DNA of 64,000 nt from Candidatus Wildermuthbacteria bacterium (GTDB lineage: Bacteria > Patescibacteriota > Minisyncoccia > Minisyncoccales > UBA10102): contig JACOZJ010000002.1 of NCBI GenBank assembly GCA_016181405.1, positions 74,608 to 138,607 of the forward strand, read 5' to 3'. The position numbers and the translations under genes were made by a program. Each line of letters opens with the position of its first letter. The stretch's first letter is position 1. Positions 36,442 to 45,250 of the stretch are shown here, piece by piece. The notes below the pieces were generated by a model that was not told the origin of the DNA, did no database searches, and worked only from the letters and a program-made list of their open reading frames with translations.

Positions 36442-36756
36442 TTAACCTGCAAGTAGATGAAGGTGGAGGTGGTCAACTTCCTGGCCCCCTTCTTTGCCCA
36501 CATGCATTGCCAGCTTATATCCCTTTAAATGGTTTTCCTGCGCGACCTTTTGAGCCGTCAACAACAATCTCCCCATCAACTCCATATCATCTTCTCCCAC
36601 TTCCCTCAAGCTCGGTATATGTTTTTTGGGAATAAGCAGCACATGAAAAGGCGCCTTAGGGTTACTATCGGGGAACACAATAAACTGTTCGTCCTCGTAC
36701 ACGATTTCAGCTTGGGTTTCTTTTACTGCGATTTTACAGAAAATACAATCTTCCAT
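36442..36756 (-). CDS. HIT-family (histidine triad) nucleotide hydrolase
   Basis: 104 aa. CIFCKI and the HLHLHLL triad. Confidence 0.92.
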   Translation of the reverse strand: MEDCIFCKIAVKETQAEIVYEDEQFIVFPDSNPKAPFHVLLIPKKHIPSLREVGEDDMELMGRLLLTAQKVAQENHLKGYKLAMHVGKEGGQEVDHLHLHLLAG

Positions 36757-36761
36757 GCCGC

Positions 36762-38069
36762 TTATTTCTTTATTCTCTTTTTCACTTCCTCAACCACATT
36801 CGCGAGCTTTACTGTATCTTGTTCCCCCGTATCCATTTTCCGAATCACAATGGTCCCGTCGAGCACTTCTTTCTGCCCCAAAATTAGCGTATACGCAACC
36901 TTCAACTTATCTGCGCGGGCTAACTGCGTGCGAAGCGAGTCGCGGCCAAGGGACTCTGCAACCTGAATTTTTGCTTTTCGAAAATCTTCCAGGAGTTTCA
37001 AACTCTTTTTCTTCGATAGATCTCCAAGCTGCGCAAGAAATATCTCCGCGGTGGGCTCTGACTTAGGGACAAGTTGCATTTCCCTTAACAAACCCACAAT
37101 GCGCTCTACCCCAGCCGCGGCTCCGGAAGCCGGCACATCTTTCCCTCCTAGCAAACGCACCAACCCATCGTACCTCCCTCCTCCCACAAGTGCATTCCGC
37201 TGGAGAACCTCTCCTTTTTCTTTTGTTTGTTCCATCGTCTTTTCTGAAAAAATCTCGAACACGGTTTTGGTATAATAATCAAGCCCACGGACCAGATAGG
37301 GATCAAGATGATAAGGAAGATCGGTCTCATCTAGAAACTCCAGCAGGGCCTTAAAATGATTTTTGCATTCTTCGCACAGATGGTCGATAAACTGAGGAGC
37401 TTGTGAGCGAATCCGCTGGCACTTCTCTTCTTTACAGTCTAAAGTACGAAGCGGATTTTCACGGAATCTCCTTCTGCAATCGGCGCACAAAGAAGTCTGC
37501 CGCGGCCGCAAATAATTGGAAAGCATTTTCTTGTAATAGGGACGGCATTGATTGTCTCCAATACTGTTTACCTCAATAATGAGGTGGGAAAATTTGAGCT
37601 CCTTGAGAATAATATAGAAAATTTGGATGATTTGGGCGTCGAGCGCAGCTGATTGTTCGCCAAACACTTCAAAATCCACCTGATGAAACTGCCGGAATCG
37701 CCCCGCCTGCGGATGCTCATAACGGAACAAGGGGCCATAGGTATACAGTTTTATCGGCTGGGGCAAAGCAATCATCCCATGCTGGATGTAGGAACGCACG
37801 ATCCCCGGCGTAAACTCGGGCCGAAGCGCGAGCACGTCGTCTCCCTTGGTCTTCAACGTATACATTTGCTTTTCCACGATGTCCGTGGTCCCTCCTGTTC
37901 CTCTTTCGTATAACGCGGCGTCTTCCACAATCGGAGTCATAATCTTGCCGAACCCATAGAATTTTGCCACATCATCCACGAGAGCCCAAATCTTTTCATA
38001 CAAAAACTGATCTTCGGGCAAGATGTCATGCATTCCGGTAGGCGTTTGAAATTTCACTTTTTTGTTCAT
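36762..38069 (-). CDS. hisS: histidine--tRNA ligase
   Basis: 435 aa with class II motifs (ALRPEFTPGIVR, YGPLFRYEHPQAGRFRQFHQ, GGGRYDGL). Confidence 0.95.
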   Translation of the reverse strand: MNKKVKFQTPTGMHDILPEDQFLYEKIWALVDDVAKFYGFGKIMTPIVEDAALYERGTGGTTDIVEKQMYTLKTKGDDVLALRPEFTPGIVRSYIQHGMIALPQPIKLYTYGPLFRYEHPQAGRFRQFHQVDFEVFGEQSAALDAQIIQIFYIILKELKFSHLIIEVNSIGDNQCRPYYKKMLSNYLRPRQTSLCADCRRRFRENPLRTLDCKEEKCQRIRSQAPQFIDHLCEECKNHFKALLEFLDETDLPYHLDPYLVRGLDYYTKTVFEIFSEKTMEQTKEKGEVLQRNALVGGGRYDGLVRLLGGKDVPASGAAAGVERIVGLLREMQLVPKSEPTAEIFLAQLGDLSKKKSLKLLEDFRKAKIQVAESLGRDSLRTQLARADKLKVAYTLILGQKEVLDGTIVIRKMDTGEQDTVKLANVVEEVKKRIKK

Positions 38070-38614
38070 AATGGTTCGTAAGCGGGCTGTTCGACTTTCG
38101 CGAATGCGCTTAAGGGAAATACACGAATTAAAACGCGGCCGATAATCAAATCCCCAGGAAGTGTGCCCCAGCTCCTCGAATCGGAAGAATAACGCCGATT
38201 ATCCCCCATCACAAAATATTCATTTTCACCAAGCGCAACCTTTAGCGATCCTAAGGTCTCAGAAGTAATATACTTCTTCTCATCCAGTTGTACTACTTCT
38301 TTCCCCCGGGAAATAGTTACCTGCCCATCTTGCACTTCCACGGTTTCGCCGGGTAGGCCGACAATTCTCTTGATATATCGCTGTGAAGGATCGTTGGGAA
38401 ATTTAAACACGATAACTTCCCCCCGCTCCGGACTCCGAAAATGATAAGAAATTTCGTCCACAATCAAATAATCCCAATTGTGAAAATTCGGTTCCATGGA
38501 AGCGCCACGCACCAAAAATGGCTGGAATACAAACCAACGCAGGACCAGCACCAACACGAAAGCAACCAATGCGATCTTTCCAATCTCCCAAAAAAAGGAG
38601 AAAACATTTCTCAT
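38066..38614 (-). CDS. lepB: signal peptidase I
   Basis: GASMEPNF (Ser box), YIKRIVGLPGE (Lys box) and GDNRRYSSDSR. The start is moved to M82 (ATG 38614) because the track's longer ORF runs antisense into pth. Confidence 0.9.
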   Translation of the reverse strand: MRNVFSFFWEIGKIALVAFVLVLVLRWFVFQPFLVRGASMEPNFHNWDYLIVDEISYHFRSPERGEVIVFKFPNDPSQRYIKRIVGLPGETVEVQDGQVTISRGKEVVQLDEKKYITSETLGSLKVALGENEYFVMGDNRRYSSDSRSWGTLPGDLIIGRVLIRVFPLSAFAKVEQPAYEPL

Positions 38615-38672
38615 AACCCTCTTATTATACCAATATTTCTCATTTTTACAAGCCCCATGATATACTGATTTT

Positions 38673-39386
38673 ATGATTCTTATTGTTGGACTTGGCAACC
38701 CGGAAGAACGATACCGCTTCACCCGCCACAACATCGGTTTTGTGGTAGTGGACGCTTTCGCGAAAAAAAACAATTTCCTCGCCTTTATATACGACAAAAA
38801 ATCCAATACTCTTATTACAGAACAATCTATTGAGCAGCAGAACATTATCCTCGCCAAACCCCAAACCTTTATGAACCAATCGGGCAGGGCGGTCGCCTCA
38901 CTCTATCAAAGGTATCAGATTCGTGATTTCATTCTTGGCACTGCGGGCAAAACAGAAATACAGGGCCGGCATTTCCAGGACCAGATAGGACTTCTCGTCG
39001 ACCCGGTAAAACTTCTGCGAAAATCAAAATCGATTCTCAAACCATTTGGTCTAAGACAACGCGTGGCTGGATTTAGGTATATGATAGTGATCCATGATGA
39101 CATCGACCTGCCTCTTGGGCGAATAAAAATTTCTGTCGGAAGCGGATCCGCGGGCCATAAAGGCGTAGAGTCGATTATCCGCTCTATCGGCACGCAAGAC
39201 TTCGTGAGGATTCGAGTGGGGATTCAACCCATAGAAGGAAAGCCGCCCGAAGTAGAACAGTTTGTTCTTAAGAAATTTTCAGAAGCAGAGGCGCATACTC
39301 TTGAAGAGGTAATACAAAACTCATCCGCCGCCATCGAAACCATTATTTCCTCAAGCGTCGAGCAAGCAATGCAAGATTGGAATTAA
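38673..39386 (+). CDS. pth: peptidyl-tRNA hydrolase with ~50-aa internal insertion
   Basis: ILIVGLGNPEERYRFTRHNIGF, MNQSGRAV, VIHDDIDLPLGR and GHKGVESI. An extra segment occupies aa 84-136. Confidence 0.9.
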   Translation: MILIVGLGNPEERYRFTRHNIGFVVVDAFAKKNNFLAFIYDKKSNTLITEQSIEQQNIILAKPQTFMNQSGRAVASLYQRYQIRDFILGTAGKTEIQGRHFQDQIGLLVDPVKLLRKSKSILKPFGLRQRVAGFRYMIVIHDDIDLPLGRIKISVGSGSAGHKGVESIIRSIGTQDFVRIRVGIQPIEGKPPEVEQFVLKKFSEAEAHTLEEVIQNSSAAIETIISSSVEQAMQDWN

Positions 39387-39435
39387 TCATTTATACTCTG
39401 CCTCTTTCAAAATACGAAGTTTTCTGTTATGTAAG

Positions 39436-41460
39436 ATGGGGATGCAGGAAATCCGCCCATCTGTAACAACCGCAAGAATTTTAATAGTATCAATAACCCC
39501 CTATTTTTTGGAAAAGGGGAATGTTTGGTTTCAGGAGAATTTCGAAAAGATTTTAAGGGCGCAAAAAACGCAGGCGTTTTTCCAGGACAACGCACTCTTG
39601 CTTGAAAAAGACCAGCAGTATTCTGTTTCTGAATTTCTGCGCAAGCTCGACGAACTTGGGTACGAAAAAGTTCTCCAAATAGAAACTTTGGGCGAATTCA
39701 GCCATCGGGGCGGCACCATTGAAGTATTCCCCATTAATGACCTCCACGCGTTCCGGATTGAGTTCCTTGGGAACCGCATAGAAAATATTGAAGTACTCCC
39801 CCTTGCTATAGCAGATGCACAAGGAGCAAAGAACATTCTCAAGAAACGGCTCAAATCGCAAAAGTTATTCTCCGATCTCCATGGGCTGAAATTCGGAGAT
39901 TACATTGTCCATTTAGACCATGGGGTTGCCCTATTCGGAGGAATCGAAACTATCCAATCACAGCAGTACTACGCGCTTGAGTACGCGGCGGGAGATAAAC
40001 TATTCGTACCAATAGGGCTGGAACGAAAGCTCTCCCGATACGTAGGATTTTCAGAGCCGCACATTCCTCGCCTGGGATCTCTTACTTGGCAGAAAACAAA
40101 AAAGAGAGCAAAAGAAGAAATTGAGAAATTAGCGAAGGAACTCTTGGAGTTGTATGCAAAACGAGAAATAAGTTTGAGGCCTCCGTATGAGGTAGAAGAG
40201 GATATTGAGCAGAAGCTCAAAGAAACGTTCCCCTACGAAGAAACGCCAGATCAAATGCAGGCACTGGAAGATATTTATAAAGACTTAACCGCACCAGAGC
40301 CAATGGACCGTATTGTGTGCGGAGACGTGGGGTTCGGCAAAACAGAAGTGGCTTTACGCTCAATGGTACGCGCCGCGCACAATGGGTATCAAGCAGCGCT
40401 TTTGGCTCCCACTACTATTTTGGTGGATCAACATTACAAAAACTTTGAATCTCGTCTCAAGAACTTGCCCATACGCCTGGCGGCGCTTTCCCGGCTGCAG
40501 TCAAAAAAAGAACAAGCAAAAATCCTGCGCGATCTCAAGGAAGGCCAGATCGACATTATCGTTGGAACGCATCGCCTTTTATCAAGCGACGTAAATTTCA
40601 AAAACTTAGGGTTGCTCGTAATAGACGACGAGCAGCGTTTTGGTGTGAAGCAAAAAGAAAAATTCAAGGAAATGCGCAGCTCGCTAGACGTGCTCTCGCT
40701 TTCCGCGACCCCAATCCCCCGTACGCTATACATGGCGCTTTCCTCGCTCAAAAAAATCAGCTCCATTCAAACGCCGCCCGAAGGCCGCTTGCCCGTGCAA
40801 ACCACGATCATCAAACGAAATGAAAATACCGTAAAAGAAGCGATCCAAAAAGAATTGGCTAGGGGCGGACAGGTGTATTATTTGCACAATCGTATCGGAA
40901 CCATAGAACAGGTAAAAAAGCATTTAGAAAAGTTAGCCTCCGAGGTTTACCCTGAGCGCAGTCGAAGGGCCAGTTTTGTCATAGCTCATGGGAGAATGCG
41001 CGAAAGTCAACTCATAAAAGTTATTGAGGATTTCCGAAACAAAACCTTTGACGTGCTTCTCGCCACCACAATTATCGAGAACGGCCTCGACATGGCAAAC
41101 GTCAGCACTATTATCGTGGATGACGCGCCAAAACTGGGACTCTCGCAGGCTTATCAGATAAAAGGCAGAGTGGGCCGCTCAAATGTTCAGTCATACGCAT
41201 ATTTCCTCTACGGCGGGCGCCTCGGCGAAAAAGCAAAGCTCCGCTTGCGCGCACTCAAAGAAGCAGAAGAGTTAGGGTCGGGCTACAAAATAGCCCTTCG
41301 TGACTTGGAAATCCGTGGCGCCGGCAACATCTTAGGCAAAGAGCAAGCCGGCACCGTAAACACCGTTGGATTAAATTTATACTGTCAAATGTTATCGGAA
41401 GCGGTGGAGAAGATAAAAAGTTTCGACGCTGTGGAAAAATTGAAAACAGTGGTACAGTAG
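39436..41460 (+). CDS. mfd: transcription-repair coupling factor, minimal form (RNAP-interaction domain plus SF2 translocase only)
   Basis: 674 aa. CarD/TRCF RID (FGDYIVHLDHGVALFGG), DEAD-box core (GDVGFGKTEVA, VIDDEQRFG, SATPIPRT) and RGRVGRS. Full-length Mfd is about 1150 aa. Confidence 0.9.
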   Translation: MGMQEIRPSVTTARILIVSITPYFLEKGNVWFQENFEKILRAQKTQAFFQDNALLLEKDQQYSVSEFLRKLDELGYEKVLQIETLGEFSHRGGTIEVFPINDLHAFRIEFLGNRIENIEVLPLAIADAQGAKNILKKRLKSQKLFSDLHGLKFGDYIVHLDHGVALFGGIETIQSQQYYALEYAAGDKLFVPIGLERKLSRYVGFSEPHIPRLGSLTWQKTKKRAKEEIEKLAKELLELYAKREISLRPPYEVEEDIEQKLKETFPYEETPDQMQALEDIYKDLTAPEPMDRIVCGDVGFGKTEVALRSMVRAAHNGYQAALLAPTTILVDQHYKNFESRLKNLPIRLAALSRLQSKKEQAKILRDLKEGQIDIIVGTHRLLSSDVNFKNLGLLVIDDEQRFGVKQKEKFKEMRSSLDVLSLSATPIPRTLYMALSSLKKISSIQTPPEGRLPVQTTIIKRNENTVKEAIQKELARGGQVYYLHNRIGTIEQVKKHLEKLASEVYPERSRRASFVIAHGRMRESQLIKVIEDFRNKTFDVLLATTIIENGLDMANVSTIIVDDAPKLGLSQAYQIKGRVGRSNVQSYAYFLYGGRLGEKAKLRLRALKEAEELGSGYKIALRDLEIRGAGNILGKEQAGTVNTVGLNLYCQMLSEAVEKIKSFDAVEKLKTVVQ

Positions 41461-41479
41461 AAAAACTTGCGATTTTCAT

Positions 41480-43501
41480 ATGAAAAAATTAGTTATTGTT
41501 GAAAGCCCCACCAAGGCGCGAACTATCCAACAATTTATCGGTAAAGAATACAATGTCTTATCGTCGTTTGGACATGTTCGCGATTTGCCCAAGAGCAAAT
41601 TAGGGGTTGATACCGAAAAAAACTTTGAACCAAGCTATGTGATTCCCACCAAGGCAAAGAAAACCGTATCACTGCTCAAAAAAGAATCTGCAAAGACAGA
41701 CCAAGTCATTCTCGCAACTGATGAAGACCGTGAAGGAGAAAGCATTGCCTGGCATCTTGCCCAAACCTTGGGCTTGAAAAGCCCAGAGCGTATCGTATTT
41801 CATGAAATTACCAAGCAAGCTATACAAGAAGCTCTGCAAAATCCCCGGAAAATCGACCAGAACTTAGTCGAAGCCCAGCAAGGCAGAAGAATACTAGACA
41901 GATTAGTAGGATACAAACTCTCCCCTTTTCTCTGGAGGAAAGTTGCGCGCAGGCTGTCTGCGGGAAGAGTGCAATCGGTTGCCGTACGCCTCGTTGTTGA
42001 CAGGGAACGCGAAATAGAAAAATTTAAGGCAGAGGAATATTGGAGCGTTGAAGCTCTTTTCGAGAAAGAGAACAAAGAGTTTGGCGCGCAACTTTCGCAA
42101 AAAGACGGAAAACCTCTTGGAAAACTCGATATTCACAGCAAGCAAGAAGCAGATCAAATTCTCAAAGAATTGGGAGGAGCGATATATACGGTAGCCTCCA
42201 TCGAAAAGAAAGAGACGAGAAAAAATCCTTTGCCGCCCTTTACCACCTCTACGCTCCAGCAAACGGCAGCATCCCGGCTTGGATTTCCCGCCAGACTGAC
42301 CATGAGTGTCGCCCAGCAGCTCTATGAGCAAGGAAGAATTACGTACCACAGAACAGACTCTTTAAACCTTGCTCAGTCGGCTCTTGCGGGCGCAAAAGAA
42401 CTTATTTCGAAAGAATACGGACAAGCGTATTGGGCAGGGAGCTTTCGCCAATTCAAAACAAAATCAAAAGGAGCCCAGGAAGCGCATGAAGCGATCCGCC
42501 CCACAGACCCCGATCGCAAGCCGGGTACTTTGCGATTAACTCCCCAACAAACAAAACTCTATCAGCTCATTTGGCAACGCTTTATAGCTTCCCAAATGGC
42601 GCAGGCGGTGTTCGACGCAACCAGCATTGATATTCAGGCCAACCAATATACCTTTCGCGCAACAGGCCAAATGCTCAAGTTTCCCGGATTTTTAAAGGCG
42701 TATTCCATGAAGTTTGAAGAAATGGACTTGCCCGCCATAGAAAAGGGAGAAACGCTCAAGTTGCAAAAACTGCTTGAGCAACAGCATTTTACCCAGCCTC
42801 CGCCTCGGTACAATGAAGCGAGCTTAATAAAAATGTTGGAACAACACGGCATTGGGAGACCATCAACTTACGCGCCCATTCTCTCCACGATTCAGGATCG
42901 TAATTACGTAGAAAAAGATGACCAGCGTCGCCTTCGACCCACGGAGATTGGCATTGCGGTAAACGACTTGCTGGTGGAACATTTTCCGGAAATTGTGGAT
43001 ATAGACTTTACCGCGGAGATGGAAGAAGACTTGGACAAAATCGCGGAAGGGAAAAAAGAATGGCAACCTATGATAAAAGAATTTTATGGACCGTTTGCCA
43101 AGAACTTGGAAAAAAAAGAGGCAGAAGTATCAAGACGGACAATAGCAGTGGAAAAAACAGACAAGATATGCCCAGAGTGCGGCAAAGCACTTCTTATCCG
43201 CTTTGGCAGATATGGAAAATTCTTCGCTTGTTCCGGCTTTCCTGAATGCAAATATACTGCTTCGCTCGGGGAGAACACCATTGATGTCCCCTGTCCGAAA
43301 TGCAAGAAAGGACAGCTTGAAGCAAAACGCACAAAACGGAAAAAGATTTTTTACGGATGCAATCAATATCCTGCATGCGACTTTGCGCTGTGGGACAAAC
43401 CCACTGGAGAAAAATGCAAAACATGCAACGCTCTCCTCGTGGAGACTGCCCGCAAGAAAGTGAAGTGCTCAAACTCCACTTGTCCTACCAACCAAAAATA
43501 G
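41480..43501 (+). CDS. topA: DNA topoisomerase I
   Basis: 673 aa. Toprim domain (LVIVESPTKA, ATDEDREGE), active-site region ITYHRTDS and C-terminal Cys4 zinc ribbons. Confidence 0.95.
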   Translation: MKKLVIVESPTKARTIQQFIGKEYNVLSSFGHVRDLPKSKLGVDTEKNFEPSYVIPTKAKKTVSLLKKESAKTDQVILATDEDREGESIAWHLAQTLGLKSPERIVFHEITKQAIQEALQNPRKIDQNLVEAQQGRRILDRLVGYKLSPFLWRKVARRLSAGRVQSVAVRLVVDREREIEKFKAEEYWSVEALFEKENKEFGAQLSQKDGKPLGKLDIHSKQEADQILKELGGAIYTVASIEKKETRKNPLPPFTTSTLQQTAASRLGFPARLTMSVAQQLYEQGRITYHRTDSLNLAQSALAGAKELISKEYGQAYWAGSFRQFKTKSKGAQEAHEAIRPTDPDRKPGTLRLTPQQTKLYQLIWQRFIASQMAQAVFDATSIDIQANQYTFRATGQMLKFPGFLKAYSMKFEEMDLPAIEKGETLKLQKLLEQQHFTQPPPRYNEASLIKMLEQHGIGRPSTYAPILSTIQDRNYVEKDDQRRLRPTEIGIAVNDLLVEHFPEIVDIDFTAEMEEDLDKIAEGKKEWQPMIKEFYGPFAKNLEKKEAEVSRRTIAVEKTDKICPECGKALLIRFGRYGKFFACSGFPECKYTASLGENTIDVPCPKCKKGQLEAKRTKRKKIFYGCNQYPACDFALWDKPTGEKCKTCNALLVETARKKVKCSNSTCPTNQK

Positions 43502-43542
43502 GGGTTTACAAAGTTCTCTTTTTTCAGTACACTATACTCTAT

Positions 43543-43626
43543 GCCTGGGTGGCGGAACTGGCAGACGCAATGGACTCAAAATCCATTGAGAGCAATCTCA
43601 TGTGGGTTCGACTCCCACCTCAGGCA
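43543..43626 (+). tRNA. tRNA-Leu (anticodon CAA), class II long variable arm, no encoded CCA
   Basis: Hand-folded. Acceptor GCCTGGG/CTCAGGC with discriminator A. D-arm GGCGGAACTGGCAGACGC. Anticodon stem ATGGA/TCCAT with loop CTCAAAA. Variable arm TGAGAGCAATCTCAT. T-arm GTGGGTTCGACTCCCAC. Confidence 0.95.
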
Positions 43627-43631
43627 CATTG

Positions 43632-45116
43632 TCACCTCTTGACGGGAATCGTAAAGTACACAGTAGTCCCTTTGCCTTCTTCCGATTCAATCCAGATTTT
43701 GCCCCCGTGTTTTTCAATGATGTTCTTGGCGATAAACAATCCTAAACCGCTTCCGGTAGGCTGCATTCGTATAGCGTTCTCCGCGCGGAAAAACTTGGTA
43801 AATAAACGATCTACCTGAGCCTTTGACATTCCTATTCCTGTATCTTTTACCAATACAAGAATTTCATCATCGTGGAGAGTAAGCTCAACGTCTACCCGTC
43901 CCTTTGCATTCGTATATCGCACTGCGTTTACAATAATGTTTGATAAAGCCAACCGAAATTTACTCTCGTCAAGCGCAATCATGGGAAGCCTATGTGATGA
44001 CTTGTGAAACAAAAGTTGCACTCCTCTTTGATCGGCAATAATTTTTGTTTCTCGCACGATATCTTCAATGAGCGTCGCAGCCGAGCCCTCTGTAAATTTA
44101 TAGTCGAAACGCCCCTCCTCTATGCGCACAACGTCCAAAAGATCGTTTACCAAAGCGATCATTCGCTCGTTTGACTTGTACCCCTTTTCCAAAAGTTCTT
44201 TTTGCGCTTTTTTCAGCGGTCCCGTGTCCCCCTCCAACACCATGTACAACACCCACTTTAAAGCAGATAAGGGAGTCCTCAACTGATGAGCCGTGATTGA
44301 GAGGAACTCGGATTTAAGACGAGAAACAGCTAATTCTCGCTCATGCCCCTCTTTAAGAGTTTCCAGCATCCGGTTGAAGGCACGAATAGCTCGATTCAGT
44401 TCGGCTTCCGAACGCACCGGAATTTTATGCTCATAGTCGCCTCGTTCAATCCACCGCACTCCTTCGAGAAGATCCAAAATGCCTTGCGATACTTTCTTGG
44501 TAAGATGAAATGCGAAAAAAGCTCCTAGAGCTAAGACACCCAATGCCATCGCGAGATACCAAATCAAAATTTCTCGGCGTTCACGCGTAATCCGATCGAG
44601 CGACATGCCCACACGGCTAAACCCAACCGCTTTTTCGATCTCGCTCTCGCGCGCATGATCTCTCCCCTCTCCGTGCGCTTCAATAGGCGCAAAAAATTCG
44701 TAGTATGCCTTCCCATCAATTTCCACCTGGCGACGTATGGGGCCTTTTGATTCTTGAAATATTTGTTCAAAAAACGCCGAACTCAAATCGCCTTCTGCAT
44801 TTGGAATATTGCTTTTGAAAACAAGAGGGCGCCCTTCGCGATCGTAAATCCCCAGAAACACAACATCTTTTTCACCCAGATGCCCTCTGACGGCCACATC
44901 AACAAATGCAGCATCAGCGTTGAAACCTATTTCAGCTGAAAGAGCGTCCACAAGAGACTGTCCTTGATGCACAAGTCCTTCTTCAAGAATAATTGTTGAG
45001 CGCTGGATAAAAAACAAAAAGAAAATTGAAAGGGCGCTGAAAAGAATTACTCCGATCCCAAGGGTAAAGTGCCACCCATAACTCTTTCGGATAGAATATA
45101 AAAAAGGAAAAGACAT
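43632..45116 (-). CDS. sensor histidine kinase (TM, HAMP-like, HisKA, HATPase_c); no cognate response regulator adjacent
   Basis: 494 aa. H-box SEFLSITAHQLRTPL, N-box NAVRYT, and G-boxes DTGIGM and GSGLGL. Confidence 0.92.
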   Translation of the reverse strand: MSFPFLYSIRKSYGWHFTLGIGVILFSALSIFFLFFIQRSTIILEEGLVHQGQSLVDALSAEIGFNADAAFVDVAVRGHLGEKDVVFLGIYDREGRPLVFKSNIPNAEGDLSSAFFEQIFQESKGPIRRQVEIDGKAYYEFFAPIEAHGEGRDHARESEIEKAVGFSRVGMSLDRITRERREILIWYLAMALGVLALGAFFAFHLTKKVSQGILDLLEGVRWIERGDYEHKIPVRSEAELNRAIRAFNRMLETLKEGHERELAVSRLKSEFLSITAHQLRTPLSALKWVLYMVLEGDTGPLKKAQKELLEKGYKSNERMIALVNDLLDVVRIEEGRFDYKFTEGSAATLIEDIVRETKIIADQRGVQLLFHKSSHRLPMIALDESKFRLALSNIIVNAVRYTNAKGRVDVELTLHDDEILVLVKDTGIGMSKAQVDRLFTKFFRAENAIRMQPTGSGLGLFIAKNIIEKHGGKIWIESEEGKGTTVYFTIPVKR

Positions 45117-45192
45117 CCCTATTCTTCAAAAATACGTAAAACGATTTTTTTTGATTGTACTATGACCAGAAAGAAAAGTATATACAAAGAGA

Positions 45193-45223
45193 GAGGACGA
45201 CGGAAGACTATTCCGCCGTCCTC
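45193..45223 (-). terminator. hairpin terminator after 45251..46750
   Basis: GAGGACGACGGAA and TTCCGCCGTCCTC form a 13-bp stem with one mismatch and a 5-nt loop. Both flanks are T-rich. Confidence 0.65.
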
Positions 45224-45250
45224 TTGTTTTTCACTCACGAATACGCGCCG

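Noticed and set aside
38615-38857. 81-codon N-terminal extension of lepB given by the ORF track
   Set aside because: The extension overlaps the pth start region on the opposite strand and has no signal-peptidase homology. The internal Met at 38614 is followed directly by the expected TM anchor.
40951-40970. CCTGAGCGCAGTCGAAGGGC inside mfd (encodes YPERSRRA), reminiscent of GC-rich hairpin repeat fragments that get translated in some genomes
   Set aside because: There is only a single copy in the window and no inverted partner. It adds only about 6 aa relative to typical Mfd, which is insufficient to call a repeat-element insertion.
43357-43818. 153-aa plus-strand ORF
   Set aside because: It reads straight through tRNA-Leu (43543-43626) and then antisense into the histidine kinase. 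It is not a gene.
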